From positions 23,916-87,915 of the forward strand of contig JAEEVC010000012.1 of the NCBI GenBank assembly GCA_016287075.1: a DNA stretch of 64,000 nucleotides. The letters run 5' to 3'. Origin of the DNA: Bacteroidales bacterium. Its GTDB lineage: Bacteria > Bacteroidota > Bacteroidia > Bacteroidales > UBA932. Below, piece by piece: positions 1-9,426 of this stretch. The notes below the pieces were generated by a model. The model was not told where the DNA came from and did not search any database. It worked only from the letters and a program-made list of their open reading frames with translations. The position numbers and the translations under genes are program-made. Position 1 is the first letter of the stretch. Each line of letters opens with the position of its first letter.

Positions 1-1328
1 GCTTGACCTCCGCGCGGTGGTACTGGCCGAGGGCGGTTTCGAGGGAGCTCCCGACCGCCTGGTAATCCTTGCAGAAGTCGGCGACGCGGGAGACCATGTT
101 CTCTGCGGCGGAAATGATAAGCTGCTGGTTCTGAACCTGTTCCAGGTTCGTCCAGGCCAGTTTGATTACCCGGAGGAAGGGCATGATGGTTTCCTCGGTG
201 GTAATGAGGACATTCTGGGAGCGGGCCCATTTCAGGAGCGCGTGGTCGGACTCGCAGGCGAGGCGGAGCGCCGGGTAGAGGGGGACGAACATCACGACGA
301 AGTCGATGCGCTTGCGGTCCGGAGCGAGGTAATGCGAATAATCCTTCCGGGCCAGCCCCTCGACCTGGCGGCGGACGGCGAGCAGGTGGCGTTGCGCCGC
401 TTCCTCCCGCGCCGGGTCGTCGGCGGCCTGGCACCAGTCGTAGTACGCGCTGAGGTTGACCTTGGAGTCCACGATGATGTCGTAGCCGTCGGGATAATGG
501 AGGATGAAGTCCGGCCGCATGCGGGAGGCCGTGTCCTCGTTCTTGACGACGTGGCCCGTGTCGTCCCGGAGGGTCTCCTGGGTCTCATAGTCCCGCGGCG
601 CGGAGAGTCCTTCCTGGAGGAACAGGTTCTCCAGGACGACCTCGCCCCAGTCCCCCTGGAACTTGTTGCTCCCGCGCATCGCATCGGCCAGGCTGTCGGC
701 TTTGGAACCGATGTCCACGGCCTGTTTCTGCAGGGCGCCGACGGCGGTCTCGAGCTGCGTCCGGAGGGAAGCGGACGAGGCCGTCTGCGCCTCCTTGTTC
801 TTCTCGAACGCCTCCTTCATCGCCCGGACATTCTCATCCAGGGCGCCTGTAATGGTCTTGAAGGAGGTCTCGGCGGAGGCCTTCAGTTCATCCTCCCGCG
901 CCTTCAGGATCTCCTCCGTGCGGGCGGACATTTCATGCCGGAGCGCCGCCAGCTGCTCGCCCAGGGCCTTTTCGTGCGAGGTCTTGAGGTCGGTGACCAT
1001 CCGGTTGTAATTCTCCTTCAGGAGGGCGACGGATTCGGTTTTGTCCTGACGGGCGTCGGCGATGGTCCGGTCCTTTTCCCCGAGCTGTTCCCGGAGGACG
1101 GCGATCTCCTTGTCCCGCCCGGCCAGGTCGGCCTCCGCGCGGGCGCAAGCCGCATCCAGCTCCGCTTTCGCACGTGCCGCCGCAGCGTCCAGTTCCGCCT
1201 TCGCACGGGCACCGGCCGCCTCCAGTTCCGCCTTCGCACGGCTCCGCACCAGGTGGCGCGTCAGCAGCACGGCGGCGATGACGAGCACCGCCGCTGCCGC
1301 GACAACAATCAGAAGCGTCTGGTCCATA
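1..1328 (-). CDS. rmuC: DNA recombination protein RmuC, C-terminal end cut by window edge
   Basis: Absent from the ORF track because the frame runs off the window. Reverse translation from ATG 1328-1326 gives MDQTLLIVVAAAAVLVIAAVLL (TM anchor), a long coiled coil, then GDWGEVVLENLF...RMRPDFILHYPDGYDIIVDSKVNLSAY...IDFVVMFVP, the RmuC core. Confidence 0.85.
1155..1241. repeat. 33-bp tandem repeat (about 2.6 units) inside the rmuC coiled-coil region
   Basis: TCCAG(C/T)TCCGC(T/C)TTCGCACG recurs at 1155, 1188 and 1221 with an exact 33-nt period. It encodes the repeated ARAKAELxAA heptad-like segment. Confidence 0.6.
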
Positions 1329-1333
1329 ATAAC

Positions 1334-2641
1334 TTACTTGGAGCGCGTGTAGATCTGGACCGGGCAGCCGCAGAAGTCGAAATGCTCCCGCAGGCGGTTT
1401 TCCAGGTACCGCTTGTACGGATCTTTCACCCACTGCGGCAGGTTGCAGAAGAAAGCGAACTGCGGCGTCCGGGTCGGGAGCTGGGTCACATACTTGATCT
1501 TGACATACTTCCCCTTCCAGGCCGGCGGCGGATAATTCTCGATCTCCGGCAGCATCACGTCATTCAGTTCGGAGGTCGGGATGCGGCGGACCATGTTCTC
1601 CGCCACGCGGGCGGCGGCATCGAGCACCTGCAGGATCCGCTGCTTCCCGGTCACGGAGGTGAAGATGACCGGCACGTCGTCGAAGGGCGCGATGCGCGCC
1701 TTGAGCGACGCCGTATATTCCTTCATCGTGTTGCTCTCCTTCTCGAAGAGGTCCCACTTGTTCACCACGAGCACGCAGCCCTTCCGGTTCTTCTGGATGA
1801 CATTGAAGATGCTCATGTCCTGCGCCTCCATCCCGAGGGTCGCGTCGATCATCAGGATGCAGATGTCGGAATGCTCGATGGCGCGGATGGACCGGAGGAC
1901 GGAATAGAACTCCAGGTCCTCGTGGACCTTGTTCTTCTTCCGGATGCCGGCGGTGTCCACGAGCATGAACTCGTGGCCGAACTTGTTGTAATAGGTGGAG
2001 ATGGCGTCCCGGGTCGTGCCGGCGACCGGCGTGACGATGTTGCGGTCCTCGCCGAGGAGGGCGTTGGTCAGGGACGACTTGCCCACGTTCGGCCGGCCGA
2101 CGATGGCGATGTGCGGCAGGTCGGACCGGTCGTCGACCGTCTCCGAATCCTCCGGCAGCACCTTCACGATCTCGTCGAGCAGGTCGCCCGTCCCGGAACC
2201 GTTGGCCGCGGAAATCGTCCAGACCTCACCGAGCCCGAGCCGGTAGAAATCGAAGGCGTCGTACATCTTCTCGCCGCTGTCCACCTTGTTGACACAGAGG
2301 ACGACGGGCTTTTTCGAGCGGCGGAGCAGGTCGGCGATCTCGGCGTCATAGTCGGTGATGCCCGTCGCCGCCTCGCACATGAACAGGACCACGTCCGACT
2401 CGGAGATGGCGATTTCCACCTGGCGGCGGATCGCCTCCTCGAAGACGTCGTCGGAATTGGAGGTGTAGCCGCCGGTGTCAACGACGGAGAATTCCCGGCC
2501 GCACCACTCGCACTTGCCGTAGTGCCGGTCGCGCGTCACGCCGGCGGTTTCGTCCACGATGGCCTGCCGCATGCCGACAAGCCGGTTGAAAAGGGTGGAT
2601 TTGCCGACGTTCGGCCTCCCCACGATCGCTACCAATGCCAT
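1334..2641 (-). CDS. der: Ribosome-associated GTPase Der/EngA (two tandem GTPase domains plus KH-like C-terminus)
   Basis: Two P-loops are present: [19 protein letters not shown] and [25 protein letters not shown] and NKxD motifs are present, and the 435-aa length is typical. Confidence 0.95.
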   Translation of the reverse strand: MALVAIVGRPNVGKSTLFNRLVGMRQAIVDETAGVTRDRHYGKCEWCGREFSVVDTGGYTSNSDDVFEEAIRRQVEIAISESDVVLFMCEAATGITDYDAEIADLLRRSKKPVVLCVNKVDSGEKMYDAFDFYRLGLGEVWTISAANGSGTGDLLDEIVKVLPEDSETVDDRSDLPHIAIVGRPNVGKSSLTNALLGEDRNIVTPVAGTTRDAISTYYNKFGHEFMLVDTAGIRKKNKVHEDLEFYSVLRSIRAIEHSDICILMIDATLGMEAQDMSIFNVIQKNRKGCVLVVNKWDLFEKESNTMKEYTASLKARIAPFDDVPVIFTSVTGKQRILQVLDAAARVAENMVRRIPTSELNDVMLPEIENYPPPAWKGKYVKIKYVTQLPTRTPQFAFFCNLPQWVKDPYKRYLENRLREHFDFCGCPVQIYTRSK

Positions 2642-2646
2642 AGTCT

Positions 2647-2901
2647 CTACTGTTTCTCTGTTTCAAAAAAGGCGCAGCCCCTGCAGGCGTCGCTGTAGTT
2701 GCCGTCGCAGGCGGCATGCTTCCGCCCACCCCGGAGCAGCTCCAATTCCTCCTCCTTCGCGCACTTGATCCCCCGCTTCCGCATCTCGGGATTGGTGCTG
2801 ATCTCCCCGTCCGGGAAGGGTTTCCCCCGGAAGAAGATGTTGACACCGAGGCCGATGACGGCGATGCCCACGAAGATGACGGCGGCGAGGAAGACTTTCA
2901 T
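2647..2901 (-). CDS. Small membrane-anchored Cys-rich protein, function unknown
   Basis: ATG start with N-terminal [26 protein letters not shown]. The C-terminus carries 4 Cys ([13 protein letters not shown]). It is packed 3-5 nt from prs and der on the same strand. Confidence 0.5.
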   Translation of the reverse strand: MKVFLAAVIFVGIAVIGLGVNIFFRGKPFPDGEISTNPEMRKRGIKCAKEEELELLRGGRKHAACDGNYSDACRGCAFFETEKQ

Positions 2902-2904
2902 CCG

Positions 2905-3906
2905 TTACAGCGGGAATTCGTCGGAAATGGGTTCGTAGTTATAGACCTTCAGGATCATCCGCGCGAAGGTTTCCGCCAGGGAGACCACGCGGATCTTGCC
3001 CTGGAGCTTCACCTTTTCGGGGTCCGTGGACAGCGGGATCGTGTCGGTCACATAGACTTCCGTCAGGGCGGAGGAATCGATGCGCTCATACGCCGGGCCG
3101 GAGAGCACCGCGTGGGTCGCGAAGGCGCGGACGCTGTTGGCGCCCCGCTTCACGAGCTCGTTCGCGGCAGCGGTCAGCGTGCCGGCCGTGTCGATGATGT
3201 CGTCGATGATGACGATGTCCTTCCCCTCCACCTCGCCGATCGGCTGGATCCGCTCCACGACATTGGCCCGCGCACGGGTCTTGTGGCAGATGACCACCGG
3301 GCAGTGGAGGTATTTCGCATAGGCGTTGGCCCGCTTGGCGCCGCCCATGTCCGGGGCCGCGATCGTGAAGGATTTCGGATTCTTGTCGCGGAGTTTCTTC
3401 AGGATGCCGAGGAAGTCGTTGCTGGCGTAGAGGTGGTTCACCGGGATGTCGAAGAAGCCCTGGATCTGGTCCGCATGGAGGTCGCAGACCATCATGCTGT
3501 CGGTCCCGACAGCGGCGAGCATGTTGGCGACGACCTTCGCGCCGATGGACACGCGGGGCCGGTCCTTGCGGTCCTGGCGGGCCCAGCCGAAATACGGCAT
3601 GACCGCGATGACCTTGTTGGCGGAAGCACGCTTGGCCGCGTCGATGGTCAGGAGGAGCTCCATCAGGTTGTCCGACGGGGGGAAGGTGGACTGGATGATA
3701 AAACAGGTCGCACCGCGGACACTGGAGGAGAACGACGGCTGGAATTCGCCGTCGCTGAAACGGGATACTTCCAGGGAGCCCAGCGCCACGGCCGGCTCTT
3801 CCGGAGATTTCATGCGGTTCATCGCATCTACCACGCGCTGCGCGAAATCCTTGGTGGCCTCGCAGGCGAATAGTTCCATCCTGTGCTTGTGAAAGTCGTT
3901 TAACAT
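2905..3906 (-). CDS. prs: Ribose-phosphate pyrophosphokinase
   Basis: Motifs SRFSDGEFQP, PYFGWARQDRK and DLHADQIQGFFDIPV, plus the PRPP loop IVIIDDIIDTAGT. The track start at 3924 is TTG. The ATG at 3906 (MLNDFHKHRMELF) avoids overlap with yihA, so I chose it. Confidence 0.92.
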   Translation of the reverse strand: MLNDFHKHRMELFACEATKDFAQRVVDAMNRMKSPEEPAVALGSLEVSRFSDGEFQPSFSSSVRGATCFIIQSTFPPSDNLMELLLTIDAAKRASANKVIAVMPYFGWARQDRKDRPRVSIGAKVVANMLAAVGTDSMMVCDLHADQIQGFFDIPVNHLYASNDFLGILKKLRDKNPKSFTIAAPDMGGAKRANAYAKYLHCPVVICHKTRARANVVERIQPIGEVEGKDIVIIDDIIDTAGTLTAAANELVKRGANSVRAFATHAVLSGPAYERIDSSALTEVYVTDTIPLSTDPEKVKLQGKIRVVSLAETFARMILKVYNYEPISDEFPL

Positions 3907-3910
3907 GATA

Positions 3911-4507
3911 TCATAGGGTTTCAAGTACTTCTCCGATATAGCCGAGGATCTCCTCCTTCCCCGCGCCGGTCTGGGCGGAGCTCACGAAACAGGGCGGCAG
4001 TTCCTCCCAGTCCTCGAGGATCCGGGCGCAGTTCTTCTCCACCTGGGCGGCGAGGACGTTGGGGCCCTGCTTGTCGCCTTTCGTGAAGATGATCCCGAAG
4101 GGAATCCCCTCCTCCCCGAGCCGTGCCATGAATGCGAGGTCGATCTTCTGCATGTCGTGCCGGGAATCCAGCAGCACGAAGAGCATCACCAGTTCCTCCG
4201 AGTGGAGGATGTAGTCCCAGATGACGGCCTGGAGTTCCTCGCGCGCCTTGCCGCCGAGTTTGGCATAGCCATAGCCCGGCAGGTCCACGAGGTACCACTT
4301 GTCATTGATACGGAAATGATTGACCAGCTGCGTCTTGCCAGGTGTCTGGGAGGTCTTCGCCAGCTTGTTGTTGGCGCAGAGCATGTTGATCAGGGAGGAC
4401 TTCCCGACATTGGAACGGCCGATGAAGGCGAATTCCGGCAGCCGGTCCTCCGGCTTCTGGTGAACCCGGGTACTGCTCTTGACGAACTCCGCTTTCGTGA
4501 CCTTCAT
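3911..4507 (-). CDS. yihA: Ribosome biogenesis GTP-binding protein YihA/EngB
   Basis: MKVTKAEFVKSS...FIGRSNVGKSSLINML...LVDLPGYGYA...TKGDK. The upstream 116 codons of track ORF 3911..4858 are Arg/Ser/Pro junk that overlaps the kinase gene. Confidence 0.9.
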   Translation of the reverse strand: MKVTKAEFVKSSTRVHQKPEDRLPEFAFIGRSNVGKSSLINMLCANNKLAKTSQTPGKTQLVNHFRINDKWYLVDLPGYGYAKLGGKAREELQAVIWDYILHSEELVMLFVLLDSRHDMQKIDLAFMARLGEEGIPFGIIFTKGDKQGPNVLAAQVEKNCARILEDWEELPPCFVSSAQTGAGKEEILGYIGEVLETL

Positions 4508-4529
4508 CGCTCCTGACAATTCCAAAAGA

Positions 4530-4537
4530 CAAAGATA
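4530..4537 (-). promoter_or_regulatory. Bacteroidetes -7 promoter box TATCTTTG upstream of yihA
   Basis: Exact TAnnTTTG match on the minus strand, 22 nt upstream of the yihA ATG, in an AT-rich 49-bp gap. Confidence 0.4.
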
Positions 4538-4556
4538 AGAAAAAAACAATCGCCCG

Positions 4557-7500
4557 TCAAGGTTTCGGATAACGGACGATGAACGCGGCGCCGCCGAGGG
4601 CGAAGGAGCGCTCGTAGGAGATCTCGCCCTTGCAGCGCTCGATGACGGTGCGGCTGATGGCGAGGCCGAGGCCGGTGCCGCCGGACTTGGTCGTGAAGTT
4701 CGGGGTGAAGAGGCGCGGGAGGAAGGCCTCCGGAACGCCGGGGCCATTGTCTTCCACGACGATATCGTAGTAGCCCTCCCGCGCTGAATGCCGGAGCGAG
4801 ACGGCAATGACGCCCTTCTCCGGCGTACGGCCGGCCTCCAGCGCCTGCGCCCGCGCACCCTCGATCGCCTGGACCGAGTTGGTGATCAGGTTCACCAGCA
4901 CCCGCGTAAGCTGGGGCCTAGGGCCTTCAATCCGGGCGCCTTCCAGGCCGAAGTAATTGATATCCATGTCATCCCGTCCCGAGAAGATCATCACCTCGTC
5001 CCGCAGCAGGGCGTCGAGGTCGATCGGGACCGGGTCCTCCGAATAGAGTTTCGCGAAGGTGGAGAACTCGTTGGCGGTCTCGGTCAGGATGCCGATATGG
5101 TCGAGCACGACGCCGGCCACCTCGTCGAACTTGGCCTCCCAGGCGGGATTCCCGGACGCCTTCATCCGGATGAGCATCTGGAGCCGGAGCTTGATCGGGG
5201 TGAGCGGATTCTTGATCTCGTGCGCGACCTGCCGCGCCATTTCGCTCCAGGCCTTGTCGCGCTCGGCCTGGGCCAGTTTCCGCGTCGATTCCGACAGGTC
5301 CCGCACCATGCGGTTGTAGGCCGTCACCAGCGAGGTGATCTCGTCATCCTGGTCATAATCGATGTATTCCAGGTGGTCGATGTCGGCGACGCTCATCTTG
5401 GCGCTCATCTCGCTGAGCGGCTTGAAGAGGCGGTCGATGACCGCGGACGTGACGAACCGGGCGAGGATCAGCAGCAGGAGGAAAGCCGTGATGATGGTCG
5501 CGATGTGGCTGACCGCCTCCGTCTCGAGGTCGTAATTCTGGTCCGTGTACGGGGAACTGACGATCGCCAGCATCTCGCCGTCGCTCCCGAATACGGGGGC
5601 ATAGAGGGTGTAGAACCGGTGGGAGGACAGCTGTTCCCGATGGATATAATACCGCCGGTGGCCATATACGATGTTGTAGAGCGCATCCTCGTTCAGCCGC
5701 CGCCCGATGATCATCCGGTCGAAAATTTCCGGGGTCGTCGTCAGGAAGACGCGGCCCGAGGGGGAATAGAGGGTAATGTCGCTCTTGAGGACATCGGCCG
5801 TGTATTCGAGCGCGCCCATCACCTCCTGCCCGCGCAGTTCAGAGAGCGACGAGGCCTGCCGGAGACGGCCCTGGACCATCGTCTGGATCGTATTGATCTT
5901 CGAGGACATCATCTCGCGCATATCCTTGTCGTTGCGGCGGTAGACGAAATAGACGCTGAACACGGCCATGGCGACGAGCGTCAGGATGAGGGCGACATAC
6001 AGGATCGCATTGATCCGCGTCTTGTAATAGCGCTTTTCCCGACCGTTGTCGCCGCGGCGCCGCCGGGTGACCAGGGTGATCAGGAAGAAGGAGAGGATGG
6101 CGAACAGGAACCCCTCCACGATATAGTGCATAACCTCGGTCTTCGCCCGGGAGATGACAATGACCTCGTCCTCCGAGATGGCGTGGACGAAGTGGATGAA
6201 GCCGTCGGCCGACAGCGTGCCCCGGTCCCTGCCGGAGGAGATGGGCTGGAGCGGTTCCGAAAGCAGGGTCGGATAGCCGTAATTGCCCTTGTAGGAGGCC
6301 AGGCGGCCCGAAATGTACTTGGCGTAGGAGTAATGGCCGGGCACCGCGACGCGTCCGGGCTCCGCGATGCCGAGCAGGCTGAGATAGCCGCGGTCCTCGC
6401 GGTTCGATTTCGGCTCGACCCCGATCAGCAGGTCCACCGTCCCGGAATACCTTGTATAATAGGAAAACACGCCTGCATAACGTGCGCGTCCGCTCATATC
6501 CCGGCTGTAGAAGAACCGGGAATCGTCCGCGATCTGCGTCCCGTCCCCGATCCGGGTGGCGAGCAAGGACGCGATGACGGGGTCATTCCCGACGGAGAGA
6601 TTGATGACGGAGATGTCGTAATTCTGCGCCAGGCGGGCCATGTAGGTCTCCGCCAACCGGTTCTGGATCAGCCCGTTGCTGTTCTGCAGGGGGGAGACGG
6701 CCGCGATGACGGGATCCGACGCGACGGCCCCCTCGATCCCGCGGAGCTGGATTTCCAGGCCGATATCCCGGTCCATGGCCAGGCGGTTGCTCCAGACCTC
6801 GACCCGGTTCTGCTCCTTCCGGAAACCCAGGACGGAGGAGGCGATGACGAAATAGGCGGCCGCGAGGAACGAGAAGACGAGCCGGCCCCGGCGGGAGAAG
6901 GCGTCATAGCGCCATCCGAAGAAGAGCCGGGCCGCCGGAGCGGTCATCTGCACGAGCAGCGGCAGGGCCAGCGCCAGCAGGAAGAAGGACAGGTAAACGA
7001 CGGCCGTATAATAGGACAGCGAGTCGATCCGGTAAAGCTCCAGCGTGATCCCGGAGTTCAACACGATGCTCCGGAAGGTCGTATGGATATAAACGGCGAG
7101 CAGGAGCGCGGCAGCCGCCAGGATGCCCGCTCCCAGCCCCAACCGCAGGCGGGGCCGGGCCGCGCGGGAACGTTTGAGCAGCGTCCAGCGCACCAGGTAG
7201 GTATCGAGGGCGGCGAGCGTAAGCAACAGATTGACCGTCAGTACCGCGCCCAGTGAATACAGCAGCGGGCCGTCCGCATAGATCGACGGGGAGAAGAGCC
7301 GCGAGGCGCTGGTGACGAACATCCCGTAGAAGTAAACGCCGGCCAGCAGGACGGCCTGCATGAGCAGGGTCAGGAAATACCGGAGCAGGCTCCTGCGGCA
7401 GGAAAGGAACAGCAGCGTCCCGATGAGGAAAAGCGCCACGCCGAGCCAGAACAGGAGGTAATTCGACACCACGCGGACGGGCTCGACCGCTTCGGCCGCC

Positions 7501-8108
7501 ACCTTGAAAAGGGGGCTGCCCTCGAGGGAGACGGAGGAGCCGACGCTCGCCGAAATCGGCAGGAGCGAGAACCGCGACCCGAGCCCGAGGCGGAGGTTGA
7601 CGGCATTCATGCCCTTCGCCCCCAGTTCATCGACCATTTCCAGCCCGCCGATCACCAGGCAGCCGTCCCCGTCACGTTTCGCCCGGGCCAGGTACCATTT
7701 CGGCCCGAAATTGTAATAGCCGGGCTTCTCCCCCACCTCGGAGAGCGGGGAGACCAGCGGGTTGCGGCTGCTGCCGAGGCGCGGGAATACGGTACGGTCG
7801 CGGATGTCGTCGCTGATGATCGGGAACTGGTGGGCCCAGGACTGGAGGGTGTCGCCCACATACCGGTAGACGACCATGTCGTCCGGAAGCTTCCCGAGGT
7901 CCAGCCAGGCGGCAGGGTCCGCGGAAAGCGCCTTGTCCATGAATTGCCCGAGGAGGGCCATGCGCTTCTCCACTTTCCGCCCGATGGTGCGGGCGGCGGC
8001 GTCCGTGTTCACGGGTCCGCGGCCCACCAGCGTCGAGGCCGCCAGCAGCAACAGGGAAAGGGCGAGGACCGAGAGGGCCGCCGCCTGACGGATCCGGCGC
8101 TTATTCAT
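4557..8108 (-). CDS. Large multi-TM sensor histidine kinase (NtrY-like H-box), no cognate regulator in window
   Basis: C-terminus has H-box AWSEMARQVAHEIKNPLTPIKL, N-box LVNLITNSVQA, and G-boxes EDNGPGVP and GGTGLGLAIS. Upstream are about 950 aa with many hydrophobic helices and two large loop domains. Confidence 0.85.
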   Translation of the reverse strand: MNKRRIRQAAALSVLALSLLLLAASTLVGRGPVNTDAAARTIGRKVEKRMALLGQFMDKALSADPAAWLDLGKLPDDMVVYRYVGDTLQSWAHQFPIISDDIRDRTVFPRLGSSRNPLVSPLSEVGEKPGYYNFGPKWYLARAKRDGDGCLVIGGLEMVDELGAKGMNAVNLRLGLGSRFSLLPISASVGSSVSLEGSPLFKVAAEAVEPVRVVSNYLLFWLGVALFLIGTLLFLSCRRSLLRYFLTLLMQAVLLAGVYFYGMFVTSASRLFSPSIYADGPLLYSLGAVLTVNLLLTLAALDTYLVRWTLLKRSRAARPRLRLGLGAGILAAAALLLAVYIHTTFRSIVLNSGITLELYRIDSLSYYTAVVYLSFFLLALALPLLVQMTAPAARLFFGWRYDAFSRRGRLVFSFLAAAYFVIASSVLGFRKEQNRVEVWSNRLAMDRDIGLEIQLRGIEGAVASDPVIAAVSPLQNSNGLIQNRLAETYMARLAQNYDISVINLSVGNDPVIASLLATRIGDGTQIADDSRFFYSRDMSGRARYAGVFSYYTRYSGTVDLLIGVEPKSNREDRGYLSLLGIAEPGRVAVPGHYSYAKYISGRLASYKGNYGYPTLLSEPLQPISSGRDRGTLSADGFIHFVHAISEDEVIVISRAKTEVMHYIVEGFLFAILSFFLITLVTRRRRGDNGREKRYYKTRINAILYVALILTLVAMAVFSVYFVYRRNDKDMREMMSSKINTIQTMVQGRLRQASSLSELRGQEVMGALEYTADVLKSDITLYSPSGRVFLTTTPEIFDRMIIGRRLNEDALYNIVYGHRRYYIHREQLSSHRFYTLYAPVFGSDGEMLAIVSSPYTDQNYDLETEAVSHIATIITAFLLLLILARFVTSAVIDRLFKPLSEMSAKMSVADIDHLEYIDYDQDDEITSLVTAYNRMVRDLSESTRKLAQAERDKAWSEMARQVAHEIKNPLTPIKLRLQMLIRMKASGNPAWEAKFDEVAGVVLDHIGILTETANEFSTFAKLYSEDPVPIDLDALLRDEVMIFSGRDDMDINYFGLEGARIEGPRPQLTRVLVNLITNSVQAIEGARAQALEAGRTPEKGVIAVSLRHSAREGYYDIVVEDNGPGVPEAFLPRLFTPNFTTKSGGTGLGLAISRTVIERCKGEISYERSFALGGAAFIVRYPKP

Positions 8109-8571
8109 GGTGATACGGTTCTCCTTTTATGATCGTAAAGGCACGGTACAGCTGTTCGGCGAAAAGGGTCCGGACCATCTGGTGCGAGAAGGTCATTTTC
8201 GAGAGGGAAACCTTGCCGTCGCTGTGGGCGTAAACGGCTTCCGAAAAGCCGTAGGCGCCGCCGATGACGAAGACGACGTCCCGCCCCCGCTGCAGCTTTT
8301 CCTCCAGGTACCGGGCGAAATCGAGGGAGCGGAATTCCCGGCCGCGTTCGTCCAGGAGGATGACCTCGTCGGCGGGCCGGACAGCCTTCAGGATCAGTTC
8401 CCCCTCGCGTTCCCGGATCTGGTCCCGGGTCAGCGCGGAGACATTTTTCAGCTGCGGGATCTCCTTCAGGGTGAAAGGCACATAATGGGAGAGCCGGGCC
8501 ACATACAGGTCCAGTCCCTCCTTCACCCATTTCACGTCGGTCTTTCCGACCGTCAGCAGCTTGATATCCAT
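8101..8571 (-). CDS. rlmH: 23S rRNA (pseudouridine1915-N3)-methyltransferase RlmH
   Basis: MDIKLLTVGKT...ILLDERGREFRSLDFA...FVIGGAYGFS...LSKMTFSHQMVR, 156 aa. Its stop overlaps the kinase start by 8 nt. The track ORF start at 8871 is an artefactual extension. Confidence 0.9.
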   Translation of the reverse strand: MDIKLLTVGKTDVKWVKEGLDLYVARLSHYVPFTLKEIPQLKNVSALTRDQIREREGELILKAVRPADEVILLDERGREFRSLDFARYLEEKLQRGRDVVFVIGGAYGFSEAVYAHSDGKVSLSKMTFSHQMVRTLFAEQLYRAFTIIKGEPYHHE

Positions 8572-8591
8572 CCCGCAGCAGATCAACGTCA

Positions 8592-8599
8592 CAAAGATA
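8592..8599 (-). promoter_or_regulatory. -7 promoter box TATCTTTG upstream of rlmH
   Basis: Exact TAnnTTTG on the minus strand, 20 nt upstream of the rlmH ATG. Confidence 0.4.
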
Positions 8600-8635
8600 C
8601 GCAGATGGCTCGGTATTTGCAAGAAAAGCGCCGTG

Positions 8636-9049
8636 ATGAGAAAATGGATCGGCATCATCGTCTGCGCCGTCGCGCTGCTCGCGGCTCCCGCCTCTTCCGC
8701 CCAGGAGGAAGGGTACGACGTATTCATCCCCATCGCCAAGTACATCGCGAAAGGCGACGCCGTCCGGCTCTCCGCCTGGTTCGCCGACAACCTCGAGATC
8801 TCCGTCATCTCCCAGACCGGCGACTCCTCCCGCAACCAGGCCCGCCAGATCCTCAAATCCTTCTTCGACACCTACACGCCCCGCTCCTTCGACATCACCC
8901 ACAAGGCCTCGCGGGCGAACATGAAATACGCCCTCGGCCTGCTGAACGCCGGCGGCGAAGTCTTCCTCGTGACGGTATTCGTCAATTACAAGGAAGGCGG
9001 CTACCAGATCCAACAACTGAAAATCGAGCGCCAGACGGCCGTTTACTGA
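8636..9049 (+). CDS. Secreted DUF4783-like protein
   Basis: Signal peptide MRKWIGIIVCAVALLAAPASSAQ, then LSAWFADNLEISV...SRNQARQILKSFF, as I remember for DUF4783. I chose the ATG at 8636 over the track start at 8561. Confidence 0.6.
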   Translation: MRKWIGIIVCAVALLAAPASSAQEEGYDVFIPIAKYIAKGDAVRLSAWFADNLEISVISQTGDSSRNQARQILKSFFDTYTPRSFDITHKASRANMKYALGLLNAGGEVFLVTVFVNYKEGGYQIQQLKIERQTAVY

Positions 9050-9117
9050 GTTTGGCACGGTGCTTGTATCCAGCAAGACACGGTTAGTTTTAGTTAATAA
9101 TAGGGTTTATGCAAGAT

Positions 9118-9160
9118 GTGGTCACTCCGGGAGGACTGACCACATTTTCTGTGTTTATTT
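9118..9160 (+). terminator. Rho-independent terminator after the DUF4783-like gene
   Basis: Stem GTGGTCA (9118-9124) pairs with TGACCAC (9137-9143), followed by a T-rich tract ATTTTCTGTGTTTATTTTT. Confidence 0.6.
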
Positions 9161-9426
9161 TTAATTTTTTTCGCTTTTATTCTGTTACTTTTCGACGCCT
9201 GATTCTTACAATTATTAAACAAAATATTTAATATCGGTTCACCGATAAAAAAATCAGCCGGAAACACGCACATATATATTATATTATGAGCCTTTCCGCC
9301 GATTTGCAGAAATGAAATATGTTTTGCATCTTTGCGGCTAAGTTGCTTTTTTGCATAACCCTATGCAATTTGCATAAAGACCCTATTATACTCGGTAACG
9401 TAGTGTTTTGTTTAATAATTTAACTT

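Noticed and set aside
3911-4858. N-terminal extensions of track ORFs: 3911..4858, 8101..8871, 8561..9049, 18566..19357, 20801..23932, 29148/29620 starts, 56016..57104, 57473..60058 and 61362..63638.
   Set aside because: The extensions overlap upstream genes or repeat elements, translate to junk, and sometimes begin at GTG/TTG. Internal ATGs that give signal peptides or canonical N-termini were used instead.
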